Positions 37,340 to 48,381 of a DNA stretch of 64,000 bases are shown in pieces. The DNA lies in contig CP110440.1 of assembly GCA_026914245.1 (NCBI GenBank), forward strand, positions 1,550,001 to 1,614,000, read 5' to 3'. The stretch is from Puccinia triticina. Taxonomy: Eukaryota. The notes beneath the pieces were generated by a model, which worked only from the letters and a program-made list of their open reading frames with translations, was not told the DNA's origin and made no database searches. The first letter of the stretch is position 1; the number at the start of each line of letters is the position of its first letter. The position numbers and the translations under genes were made by a program.

Positions 37340-38451
37340 ATGCCACCATCGCCAACCAACTTCCAAGATGGCAAACCTGCACGGGGGGTGGCAAGGGTCA
37401 ATGCCATTTATTCGACGCTCTTGCCAACGTCAAATTCACCCTGCGCTCGAAGCATGTCAGCATTGCTTGGAACGTTGCTCAACTTGAGGGATTCTGCTAC
37501 AAAACCCGCTCCTGACGCTTGGCAGCTCCGTCCCTCCGCCGACAACTTCCGTGTGGGTTCCAACTTGCCTGAGTCCATCTTGATGCGAACAATAGACCCT
37601 ATTCCGGCCGAGGCTCTCCTCTCCAGAACTCAGACAGTTCACCCCATCCTCCGAACCTTATTCCTGCAAGACCTCACCAGCTCTGGGTTTCCTGGTTGCT
37701 CGTTCGCTTGGGATTATCCCTGGGATGAGCATTGGAACCAGCTGTTTTCGCGATTTGTTCTGAAGCACTGGTGGAATGCTTACCGTGCAGGCGTGTTCAA
37801 AGTTTTTTTCATCGACCCTGCCGACACCAGCAACACGTCCATCCTAAGGGGTCTGCTCCATTGTTGGTTCATTGGCAGGCAGGAAGGGATCTGGCTAGGG
37901 CGATTTTCCCCCCAGAGGAAGCTCAAGAAAAAACACTCTGAAAGCAAGTCGAAAATGCGCAACCAGGTCGGCATCTTATTCTGACCGTCTCCAGATGCAA
38001 CTGCACAGTTAACTTATCCTTATTTTCACCACAGATTCAGCAACACCGTCGGCAGACACTCTCCACACTTCCGGTTCTTCCTGCGGTCAAAACCCTGTTT
38101 GACAACATCAAGACTACCTCTGACACCGAAGATACGTCCTCCCAAACTTTAGTCAAAGTGCCGCTCCCCTGGCGATCAGATGAATTCACCCAGTTCGCCC
38201 AAAAGTTGGACACCATATACGCACACAAGAAGATTACCACTAACGGACGGACCTTTGTACATGCCTTCATCTTGGAGTCTAAAAGAAGCACGTCTGCTCC
38301 CTTGTCTCCCCTAAACATCAAAAATGTTCCCCAAAAGCTACCCGCCAACTGCTACTCCGAAAAGTACTGGTCCACACTTTCCAATTCAGACAAACAATTA
38401 CTCAATCCACGGGATCCTATAGAATGGCCATCCCTCCAAACAATTGTCTGA
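37340..38451 (+). CDS. Transposon accessory protein 2 (paralog of 29427-31116)
   Basis: Two exons (intron ~37967-38034). Motifs FAW...WN, SDTED...PWRS...LD, and VPQKLPANCYSEKYW. Confidence 0.75.
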
Positions 38452-38472
38452 AGGTTAACAGCTACAGTGAGT

Positions 38473-40813
38473 TCAATTTTTGAAATTCTCAACCAAGGAG
38501 GTTAGTCATAAGCATCTGAGCACACTCGTACTCCTCGTTTCCTCCGGTTGGCACGCTCAGTCTAATCCGGCAACACTCATCAGTTTCCGAAGAGGTGCAA
38601 AAGACAATTAAAGAATTTTGCTTACAACGCCAATTCACTCTTCCGCCTTTGCACCTGATACATGTTCATTTCCAAGCTACCTTCTATGTAGTAACGATAA
38701 ACCCAAACAGAATTAATCTGCCCCAAACGATAGAGTCGATCTATTGCCTGAAATTCACTCGCAGGATTCCAGCTCGGTTCCTGCAAACATCATGTATATC
38801 AGCCCGGTCCTTGTGAATGAATTATGTATGACTTACCATTAAGTACACATTCTGAGCACAGCGGAGATCAATTCCGACTCCTGCTGCCTGCAGGGATGCA
38901 AGTAAGACATGGCACTTTTGGTCTGATCGAAATCTGCCTAGGTTTTGGTCACGCTGTTGCGTGCTGAAGTCTCCTGTGAGCCAAGCCGATTCAATTTCAT
39001 TATCCTGGAGAGCACGTCCAATTCTTCAAATTTGGTAACTCAGCATGGGCTACCGTGTGTATGTATTTGGATGAATGCTTGCTCACATCTGTAGAAACAC
39101 CACAAAACTGGAAAATATTACTGCTTTGGGATATTGAATCTGGCGAGCTCCCTTCAGGAAATCCTTCAGACTGTGCAATAGATGAAGAATCTTTGCTGAA
39201 TCCTCCCATTGCCAGCTTGGTTGGATTAGCATTTCCTGTCGGGCGAATATGGGGTGATTACAAAATTGACGCATCATCGTCATTTGCCGGAAGAAATCCG
39301 CGGCATTCCATGGCTTGTCAGAAGTTTGCAGCCGTCCAAAAGCGTGGATGAACCCTGTGTGCAGTCGGCGTGACACCTCCTCCCATTCGGGACTGTTCCG
39401 GACCAGAATGGCCTTTTCTACCTTCTCCGGGAGATTGAGAAGAACAGCCTTTGTTCTTCTAAGACAGACAGCCTGCATCAAGATCGTAAGACTCTTGATA
39501 GCCTCCGGTGCTCCAACGTTCATTCTAGGTATCAGGCATAGTTTCCAAAGTTGTTCTTGGTCCCACGGGGCAATCTTTAACATGGCTATTAAGCTTTGAA
39601 GGTCTGTTAGTCGGTTTTGGACCGGCGTCCCGGTCAAAAGTAGTACAAACTCGGCCTCAAGTTGTTGGATATTATGTGTGCGGTGTGAGGTTGGATTCCT
39701 GATTAAGCCGTCATTGTCAAAGCCAATCAGTCTTCCGGCCCACTTGCAATTCACCTTTGTACGTACTGTGCTTCATCCAATACAATCCTAAACCAATGTA
39801 GATTCATTGACATGATGGTAAGTTGATCTGGGTTTAACCCTTTCCCGCTATGTCTAATCATCTCGTATGTAGTTAGAACAACGAGGGGTGATTGGAGGTC
39901 CTTCCTAGTCAGCTTGTTCCGATCGGGTCCGTGGAAAACTACGTAAGTAAATGCTGAATCTTTGAAATGGATCTTCATTTCGTTCTCCCAATTAGACAGT
40001 GTCGCGAGCGGGCAGATAACGAGTGTTGCTGCTGATTGGTTTTCCCATTCAGCCCACTGAAACTCCATTGCTGCATCACGTGTCGCCAGCACATAAGCTA
40101 GGGTAGTCAATGTCTTGCCCAGCCCCATGTCGTCAGCGAGGATTGATCCTCGGGACTTGTGCGATTGCCAATCCCCGGTTACGTCGATCCCACTCTGATC
40201 CACGAAGCGTCGAAGCCATACATTATCGGGGTGATTCCAAAGCAAGAGGCGGTTGGTTTCAGAGGACTCGTTCTTCCTCAGAAAGTCGAGTGCAGTGAGC
40301 TGATGTGGTTTCAATTCGGTACGCAATTGTGTTGAGCCATTCTCTATCAGTGATCGCACCCTCCTCAGGCACATCAATTCCAATGTGCGAAATTTCAAAG
40401 AACACACTAGGATTATAATTCCAGATTGGTGTAAGCTTAACCCGCGCTTGAGAAAATGCTAATTGAACCCGACTGATATTTTCTGAATGGCTGAAGATGC
40501 AACCCCGTAGCTCGAGCTGGACACTATTATGACTGACCACAAAGGCACGCATTTTGATGAAACTCTGATTGGAAGTTGAAATGTCGTTGCAGCTCACCGG
40601 GGCAGAGCAGGTGGAAATCGGACCAAGCAAGGGATCGATGTGCTCGCTTTCTGTTCGGCTAAGATCCCCCACATGATTTCTTGGTGCTTGATATACATGC
40701 ACTCGTTGCCGACCGCGTTGAAGGAAGCCGACTTGTGGGACACAATTGCTGGAGGCCGGCAGAGATCCAGATAACGGAATGATGAACTGGCCGAGACAAA
40801 AGGTGCTGCCCAT
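38473..40813 (-). pseudogene. SNF2-family ATPase (Rad5/Rad16-like) with HIRAN-like N-terminus and no RING
   Basis: ELKPHQ; GSILADDMGLGKT; TLVICP; LTTYE; RIVLDEA(H); LTGTPVQN; LRRTK; RQFCNHP; SAK; AVIFSSF; AGVGIDL; EPSWNPA.E.QAIDRLYRLGQ. Apparent frameshift near 40330-40400 and a doubtful splice acceptor near 39708. Confidence 0.88.
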
Positions 40814-40927
40814 ATCTCTGGAAAACCAACTAGATGGCTGAAGAATAGACAGATTGAGCGTGGACTGACAGCAAATCGATTGGTTTGTGTACCTGTTAGT
40901 TGCCAAGATCGCAGATTGCTTGATAAT

Positions 40928-41933
40928 CTAGTCATCAGCAATCAACCAGAGCTTGTGTGTGGGCCCGCAAAGGGTACACGCAGAGCTTTGCTTGTGTTTT
41001 GGCAAACATAGACTTTCATAATATGCATGCGGGAGGTCGGGTGTACAATGGACTTTTAGACTAGCCTTCTCCGCAGAGAGCATTTCCAGAAGAACGAACT
41101 GGCTTTCACACTTATTAGTATCCGCAACCACAACCTTCTGTGCTTGCGCACATTCTTCTCCCCAACATGTGCTGAAACCTTGCTCAGGAAATCCACAGGA
41201 GCTTCTGTGTATGTGGGCAATGGTGATATTCAAAATGAACCTTGGTGTTAACTGCAGTTAAAAGGACCCTGATAAGAGCATTAGGCTTCACATCCCACAG
41301 GGATACATGCAAGGAGAGATCTGCCACCTCAACATGGCGAGCTTCTTGGAAGTGGTGCAATTCATTTCCCACCAACAGGCTCAATTTTTCCTCCACAAGT
41401 ATACCAAGGCCCATAGCATGCACACATAAGCCCCACAGAAATCCTGAAACAAATGATTAATGCTTGTCCATCTACTGCAACCTGAGTGAGCTCCACAGAA
41501 TCATTATTCAATCCATTCCAACACGACCCAACACCAAAATGACTGGAAATTGATAAATTGGGGTTTGAGGTTGCTCTGTGGTGATTGGTGTGAGCACCAC
41601 CAGGCATATTCCTGCCATATAGGGTCTGCCCTTCTCAAATTCAATGAGCGGGCCAGAGTGCTTTTTGAATTGTATCTTATGCATTTCAGCTCTCATGATA
41701 GCCAAGGGAGGCGCAAGTCAGAGGCCCCAGAAGGCATGAATTGTGTAGATGATAAGTAGAGTCATCATGCAAATCGCAGAGAAAGGGATCAGATTTGGAA
41801 CTTCTGAGAATTTCCTCAGATGGAGACAGCAAGTGGATCTTTGCTTGTCCTTGGGAGCATAACTGATTGGCAGATGGTGGATATAATTACTTGGTAGCAC
41901 CGTTAAATAGCATGAAGGATGTCTCATCGACAT
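40928..41933 (-). pseudogene. Degenerate cargo gene, unknown product
   Basis: A run of short minus-strand ORFs in heavily CpG-depleted sequence. Confidence 0.25.
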
Positions 41934-42163
41934 CAGGTTTGCATAAACTCATTGTAACAAACGGCTGGTCAGGATTCATCCATAAATATATTCACACTTG
42001 ACTATGTATGTGCCGATGTTGCGTCACAAGCAGGTTAGATGTGAGTTCAAATTCAGTTGTGACTCACACAAAAATTGACATGGGGCTGATATCCGGCCTA
42101 GTCAATGATAAAATTACAGTCTGGCACTCTCTGGAGAGTGCCACAGATTCCCCCCTGGTGGAT

Positions 42164-43525
42164 GTTTGCGGCCATTGCAGAGATCGATGAGTCAGTGGAA
42201 ATGGAGGACACTGATTGGTGGTTTGAAGTGGACATACTGGGAGTGGATGAATTTGAGGGGGAAGAGGCGGAGGAACAGGCGGACCTTATCCCAATGGACA
42301 CCAAACTGATCAGTCTGGTCCGTGCCAATACCCAAGCATATCCTAGGCTAACACAGTTGATCAGCCAGTCTCGTGAAAAGCCGCCCGGACAGAGCAGTTA
42401 CTGCCTCAAGGACGGGGTGTTGTACAATCAGGGTAGGATAGAGGTTCCAGCGGTTGAATCTGTCAAAACGGCAATAGTTTGAAGCCAACATGACTGTTGC
42501 TTAGTGGGGCACCCAGGACGTGCAAAAACACTGGCGTTAGTGTGGCGATGCTTCAATTGGCCGGCACAAAAGAAATTTGTAAACCAATACGTGGACGGCT
42601 GCGGATTGTGCCAGCGCGTGAAAGTGTCAACGCAGAAACCTTTTGGAACGCTTGAACCCCTGCCAATACCGGCGGGCCTGTGGACCAATATTTTGTACAA
42701 TCTGATCACGGATCTGCCGGAATCAAATAACAGCAATAGCATCCTCACGGTGGTTGATAGACTCACCAAGATGGCACACTTCATACCTTGCAAGAAGACC
42801 GTCAATGCCAAACAACTAGCCTACATGCTCAGACACATATGGAGACTCCATGGGACCCCAAAATCAATTGTCTCCGACAGAGGGAGAGTGTTTATCTCTC
42901 AAACCACAAGGGAGCTCAGCAAACAACTAGGCATCAAGTTATCTCCATCCACCGCGTACCACCGTAGAACAGATGGGCAATCTGAAATTGTGAACAAAGC
43001 AATTGAACAGTATCTAAGGCATTTTGTAGGATATCATCAAGACCATTGGGAAGGATTGTTAGCCATGGCGGAATTCTCCCACAACAATCAGGAACACATG
43101 TTGATTGGGATGTCGCCTTTCCGGGCAAACTATGGATTTGATTTGACGTACGGAGGAATCCGATCCACAGAAAAATGCCTACCATCAGTTGAACAGCGCA
43201 TACAGGTCATTGCGGCAGTACAAGAGGAATTGAAAGCAAACCTCAAAGCAGAAAAGGCAATGATGAAGAGTCAGTTCAACCGCAAAGTGGCGCCCACCCC
43301 AAAATGGCAAGTGGGAGAGGCGGTATGGTTGAACAGCAAAAACATATCAACTACAAGACCCTGCACTAAGTTTTCCCACAAATGGCTGGGACCTTTTCCC
43401 ATATCTGACCAAATATCCCCATCAGTATATAAACTGACTTTGCCTCTTTCAATGGGAGGAGTCCACCCAACCTTCCATGTGTCAGTTCTACAAAGACATA
43501 AGCCGGACACAATCAAAGAACACGC
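42164..43525 (+). pseudogene. Gypsy B integrase
   Basis: GHPG..KT...C..CQR; LEPLPIP; LTVVDRLTKMAHF; IVSDRG; STAYH..TDGQSE; KWLGPF; HPTFHVS. Confidence 0.93.
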
Positions 43526-43905
43526 AGTTGGAACAGATTTGGACTGGCAGAGAACTCATGGGAACCAGAGGTGAACATGAAGAACTGTGGAGACCTATTT
43601 GCCAAGTTCAACACAAAATTTCCAGAGGCAGTGGCCAGGCATTGGAGGATGCAGAGAATAAAGTGAGAGGGTAAGATTTTTCCCATTAGGTTTTTTGATG
43701 CTGCCTGGGGACAGAATGCAGAGCCAAAATAGGATGAATTTCTTTTTGATTTTGATTTCTCATTGATGAAAGAAGACAAGTGGCTTGGGCATGAAAGGGG
43801 GGATAATTTTTGAGCTGTAGGGCGGGCTCTCATGTACATAGCTAGCACATACATTCCATGTACTGCACACTCATGGTTTGAGAGGCTGGAGATCTAGGAG
43901 TCTTC
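43526..43905 (+). repeat. Duplicate of the Gypsy A chromodomain/PPT/LTR start, lacking both later insertions
   Basis: 43526-43867 matches 6438-6779, and 43868-43905 matches 15308-15345. LTR-like sequence continues beyond. Confidence 0.92.
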
Positions 43906-44355
43906 CTCATGCTGCAATCTACCATACCAGGATCCAGAACCCCAGACCCCCATACCGTGACTCCTTCTTCCTCTCCTGAAACTAGACCATAATACCTAGC
44001 ACATGGGATTCCTGTGGGTGGCCACCAGTGTTTGCCTGTGGAATCAGCCTCATTGCAGATATGGGTTTGATTCGAAAACAAGATTTGTGTGTTTTCAATT
44101 TGAACCGGGCCCTACCTGTCCAAAATTCAAGCAGTATAAGCAGGGCTAGCCTGCGGGCATCCCAAAATTCATCCTCAGCCAGGCTTAGTTGCATGGTTAT
44201 ATGCATCCCAGTTTAACTGGGAACAATTCAAGTTTGATCCACCAACAAGGGTTTAATGATTTATCTGGGTTTTTTGAAGGCTAATAAACTAGATTGGACT
44301 TAAAATTGGTCAAGTCCAAACCAGTTGAGCTAAAGTAGTTTTCATATGCCACAGC

Positions 44356-44750
44356 CAACAATGGGAAGTTACATACATTACAATATCCAGAGGGATTGTT
44401 GTAAAGATAATGTGTTACCTTTATCTGGCAAAATTGCTCTTGGGGCCAGTGGGCAACGTAACAGAGGGTGGTTTACCCCTCAATACTGGGAAAAATAATG
44501 GAGATAACACGTTGAACCGCGTTATCAGAGGTAGAAATGTCATCAAAGGGGGAAAACTCCCCTTTTTTGCGCAGGTTATCCTCCTATACCTGCAAGGGAT
44601 AACGTAGTGAGGCTCGGAATAGAGGGAAAAAATTTAAAGAAAACATCACAGAAGCTTTGCCACCGTTATTGTAACAATAACGGCACAGATTCCGTTACAT
44701 TTTTGTTACACTACCGTTACTGGTAGTGGTAGCGTAACCTCCCATTGTTG
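44356..44750. mobile_element. MITE with CAACA...TGTTG ends and 7-bp TSD
   Basis: 17-bp TIR caacaatgggaagttac / gtaacctcccattgttg (1 mismatch). TSD ccacagc (44349-44355, 44751-44757). Confidence 0.8.
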
Positions 44751-45231
44751 CCACAGCTCAGCCAATTATACTGACATTACAGTGTCAGAATCTTACTCAA
44801 AGGGCTTATGTGCCTGTAATTCTGAATGAGACGGGTTGTGAGGAAATGATATGATCTATAAAGCTGTGAGGGAATTGATCACATTGCACAAGTATGAATA
44901 GTACCAGAGATAATCAGATAAGGGTAGTCTAACACTGATCTGATAGCTTGAAAATTTAAAGCGGAAATATGCACATGATGAAGGGAGAACCAAGAAAATT
45001 TCCAACAGTTTGGAAATGAATGTGAAATCAAGGAGTTTAACCATGTATTTTTTGGGAGAGGCTCTATCTAGAGTAGAAAAGTATGACAGTAAGATGTGCC
45101 TGGTGAATTTATAAAATGAACGTGTGCTGGCATGATTGCACCAGGGAAAAGAAATTTGGCCTTGCAAAGTATAACATTTCATCATTGATGCGTGTCATCA
45201 AAGGCTTTGCAAACTCGTGTATCTGAGAAAC

Positions 45232-45663
45232 TTAAGGGCCAAATCTTGCAATTTCTTTGTTTCGGAGTACATCTCTCCAGGCTTTATGAATCTTTCTCTC
45301 CCTTGAGGTCCTGAAAAAAATTACAAAGCATTTCTTCAGTTCTTTCAGTTTGACAAGTAGATGCCCTTCCTTCAATTTTTGAGTTTCAATAAACGACAAA
45401 AATACGCACTTAAAATGCCTTGAGCAGCCTTTCGCAGGTTTGTGAGGGCAATCCTCTGTAGCACCACAATCTGCGCAATACCACTCGGCCTGTGGATAGA
45501 ACCGTCTTTTACAACTCCCATCATGGCTGTTACGACAAATTTCTGTTTTATCCTTGGCTCTGAGGTAAAGCACCTTGGTCTCACAGTCCCCTATATGCGT
45601 TAATCCGAGTGACATCCCAGCCAAGAAGACAAGGCACAAAATCGATCGCATCCAGTTCTGCAT
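45232..45663 (-). CDS. Small secreted cysteine-rich protein (effector candidate)
   Basis: Signal peptide MRSILCLVFLAGMSLG; 7 Cys in the mature part, including WYCADC. Probable 99-bp intron 45311-45409. Confidence 0.7.
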   Translation of the reverse strand: MQNWMRSILCLVFLAGMSLGLTHIGDCETKVLYLRAKDKTEICRNSHDGSCKRRFYPQAEWYCADCGATEDCPHKPAKGCSRHFKCVFLSFIETQKLKEGHLLVKLKELKKCFVIFFRTSRERKIHKAWRDVLRNKEIARFGP

Positions 45664-47553
45664 TGTTTTCAGATGTTGATAAATATCAAGAAAATAAGTG
45701 AGAATGGTAGCTCATAACATAGTAAGCAGAGGTTTTGATGCTTTTTTTCTTCCCAAATCAATAGAAATTCCTTACCTTTTTGTCAAGGTGGCAGGGAGGA
45801 GTGGGCAGGAATATATCTTAAATCAAATGAGGCAGTGTAGATATCTGCAAGTCGATCTGATTCTCTGGTACTTTTGCCTTTTTTTGATTGCTGGATTTTT
45901 CAACTGATGAGCACTCTTTAAATAGATGAACAGAAAGCTGAGGTTGAGAAGGCATCCATGCTGTACCAGCTGACTGCTGTCGACCAGTGAGTTTCTCGAT
46001 ACAGCTGGGTGTCAGCGGAATGATCACCGAGCTCTTATTCATCGTGAGTCTCGGCTGACATCAGGTGACTTCACTGATAATAATATTGTAACATGCTTTT
46101 GCTGAGCTCGAAACTCCTTTGTTGAAGGTTCTGACTGCCTAGCAGGGTGTCAGGAATCATAGAACAGGTTGATTCAAACTCATTGTGCTGTAGGAAACGT
46201 CTTTATCATGGTTTGGAGGAGATGATGAGTTGTGTCCGATTATTATATGATTTTATTGATTCGAACCAAACGGGCTGCCTTGTGGTTAAACTTCATAACA
46301 TTCAAACACTGACTGCAGCTCGCCAGAGCTTACCTTCCAGAGCTTGGATGCACTGCTTGAGTTTTGGCACTCGTCGTGCTTCAAAAAACGCTCGGCTTAT
46401 GGTTTGGAGAGGTTCAGAGGTCAAGGTTCACAATTGCCTCCACCGCCGTGTCTGCAAGATCACTTTGTTCGGCCCAGCCGAACTGTCGCGTGATTAAACT
46501 TCATATCATTCAAACAACTGACCCAGTCTGTAGCCTTCGAGCGATTAGTAACATTGATTTTTGAGTTTTGATACTTGCTGTGCTTCAGAAAAAGTTGCTC
46601 ATGGTTTGGAGAAGTTGGAAGGCAGAATTCCCTCGTCATTCATCATGTCTCCAAGATAACGAGTTGTTGCACTTTTCTCCAGTGCGTGTGTTCGGCCGCA
46701 TTGTCCCAAGCTTCAGAGCTTCTCTCGCGGCGTTTAGATTTGTCTGAAATCACTGTTTCTGACTTTGATGAACATTCATTCACAAAATGTGACGTCAATA
46801 GAGTTAAGAACCGGGTAAATCTTCCCACATCCGGATCCCGGACTTGTTCCGGGATGGAGATGCTGTCATCCTTGTGCCTATTCCTGCCAAAAAGCCAAAC
46901 ATTAACCTTCTTCCTGCTCAAATTTGCGGATGAAATAACGAAAGTTAGAATTCCCAACAAAGCCATTCGTGAACACAAACTGGGTCGATGGGCTGGACAG
47001 TCTCCGGGACGGCGTTGGCGCAGTAGCATCCGAGGGATGCGTTGATTATTCCGAAGAAGTGAGCCCGGGGTGGACCTATGCTAGGGAGCGTTCGACGCGT
47101 ACGACTGCGTAGGCGTAGGGCATTAAACTTCGTCGAGACGAGCACTGAAGGAAAAGGAAATTAATGCTTACTGGATATGTTCTGAAGGCGGAGGGCAGCA
47201 GGGTGAGCGCAACCATCAACTCAATCAGGATGAATATTGACACTTTTTGTGCTTCAGAAAAAGTTTGGCTTATAGGTCTGAGGTCAAGATTCACATGTAA
47301 TTGTCTCGAGGGAGGCCAGGGGAGGCTCCTCTAGCTCCATGTCAAAACGATGACCTGTATCCGATCACATTGTCCACGTGACTTCCATGGATGCAGAAAC
47401 TTGAGCAAACTTGTCATAATTCAAATCCTGACTGCCGTTTGGCAAACTGGACGCAAATAGGTTTTTCAGTTTGAAGCAAAAGTGCACCTGGTGGTTCATA
47501 CCCTGAGACTGCATCAAATTACCTCTCAGAGCCATTGCTCCCCAGGGCAGGAG

Positions 47554-47640
47554 CTAACCTAAGTCCCTCTATGTCGAGGGGGACGCCGTCCCGCAGGGAC
47601 CCTCCTTCGCTCTCCCCAAGAGGGAATTAGCTAAGTTAAG
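47554..47640. mobile_element. Possible 87-bp mini-MITE
   Basis: Flanked by a 9-bp direct repeat gggcaggag, with imperfect inverted ends ctaagtccctct / agagggaattag. Confidence 0.35.
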
Positions 47641-48381
47641 GGGCAGGAGGTTCCGACCTGTCTCAAAAATCATTACTTGCCATGTCAACAACCTTATAAT
47701 CAATAGTCTGTCATTGATTTCAATCGATTAAAACAATGCGGCTTGAAATCAGCACTCGATTATTGCTCATGCTGACAAGGTCATGGTTTCCCCTTCACAT
47801 GTGCGGGTTTGGAGAAATGCGCGCAGTGGCCAAGCTTATCAAGTCAGATGATCATCAAAGCCCGAGCTTAACTAAAGCCTCTCCGAAGAGGGTTGCGTCA
47901 AGTTCGATCAAAGCCCTCCGCCCTAACTGCCAAGTCCAGCTAAGTCCCTCCTGACTCCCGAGGATCGCCGAGGGTCTCCCTTCACCCCGGGCCGGGGCGC
48001 ATCGCGCCCAGAGGGACTTGTGATAATGTCAGCACAGCGGCCATACATAGCAACTTGTCGCGGTGAGTGCAAAGCGGGATAGTCTACTGGAAATGCTTGC
48101 GGGCATGCAAACTCAACACAAGTCTTTGCACGCTCGAAAGGCTTTGTTCTGCTTTGTTGAGCCCGTTCAGGCCCGATCATGCCTCTCGATCGCAGGGTCG
48201 GGGTCCACCCCGATCCCCGAGCGGGCGCCGTCTTACCACGTGGTACCCTGTGGAGCCTCGCATCCAGCCCCCGGGGGTATTCAGCTCGGGGATACGCCAA
48301 ACGGTCAACAAGAAAAAAAAAAACATCAACAACAGCATCATCAACATCAACCACTTCCCGATAGCCATAACGAAGAAAAAC

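Larger units (their letters stand above)
20482..42160 (-). mobile_element. Giant (21,679 bp) CACTA/EnSpm-type DNA transposon with multi-gene cargo
   Basis: Perfect 41-bp TIR caccaggggggaatctgtggcactctccagagagtgccaga. TSD gat (20479-20481, 42161-42163). Removal restores the Gypsy frame NITPE-MFAAIAE. Contains a Tnp2-like transposase. Confidence 0.96.
15346..43525 (+). mobile_element. Ty3/Gypsy element B (5' LTR, gag, pol; 3' end missing), split by two CACC elements
   Basis: LTR tgtta...taaca at 15346-16650, then gag and PR-RT-RH-IN. It inserted after tcttc (15341-15345), as shown by the empty site at 43901-43905. Confidence 0.9.

Noticed and set aside
20600..42000. TET/JBP dioxygenase or DNA methyltransferase cargo
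   Set aside because: No convincing motifs were recognised by eye. The degenerate terminal genes remain unassigned, so this is not excluded.
20482..42160. Starship, Helitron or Polinton identity for the giant element
   Set aside because: No tyrosine recombinase, Rep/helicase, PolB or integrase was recognised. TIRs, a 3-bp TSD and Tnp2 motifs indicate CACTA/CMC.
46643..47294. Possible minus-strand spliced gene
   Set aside because: No consistent exon chain or recognisable domain could be built.
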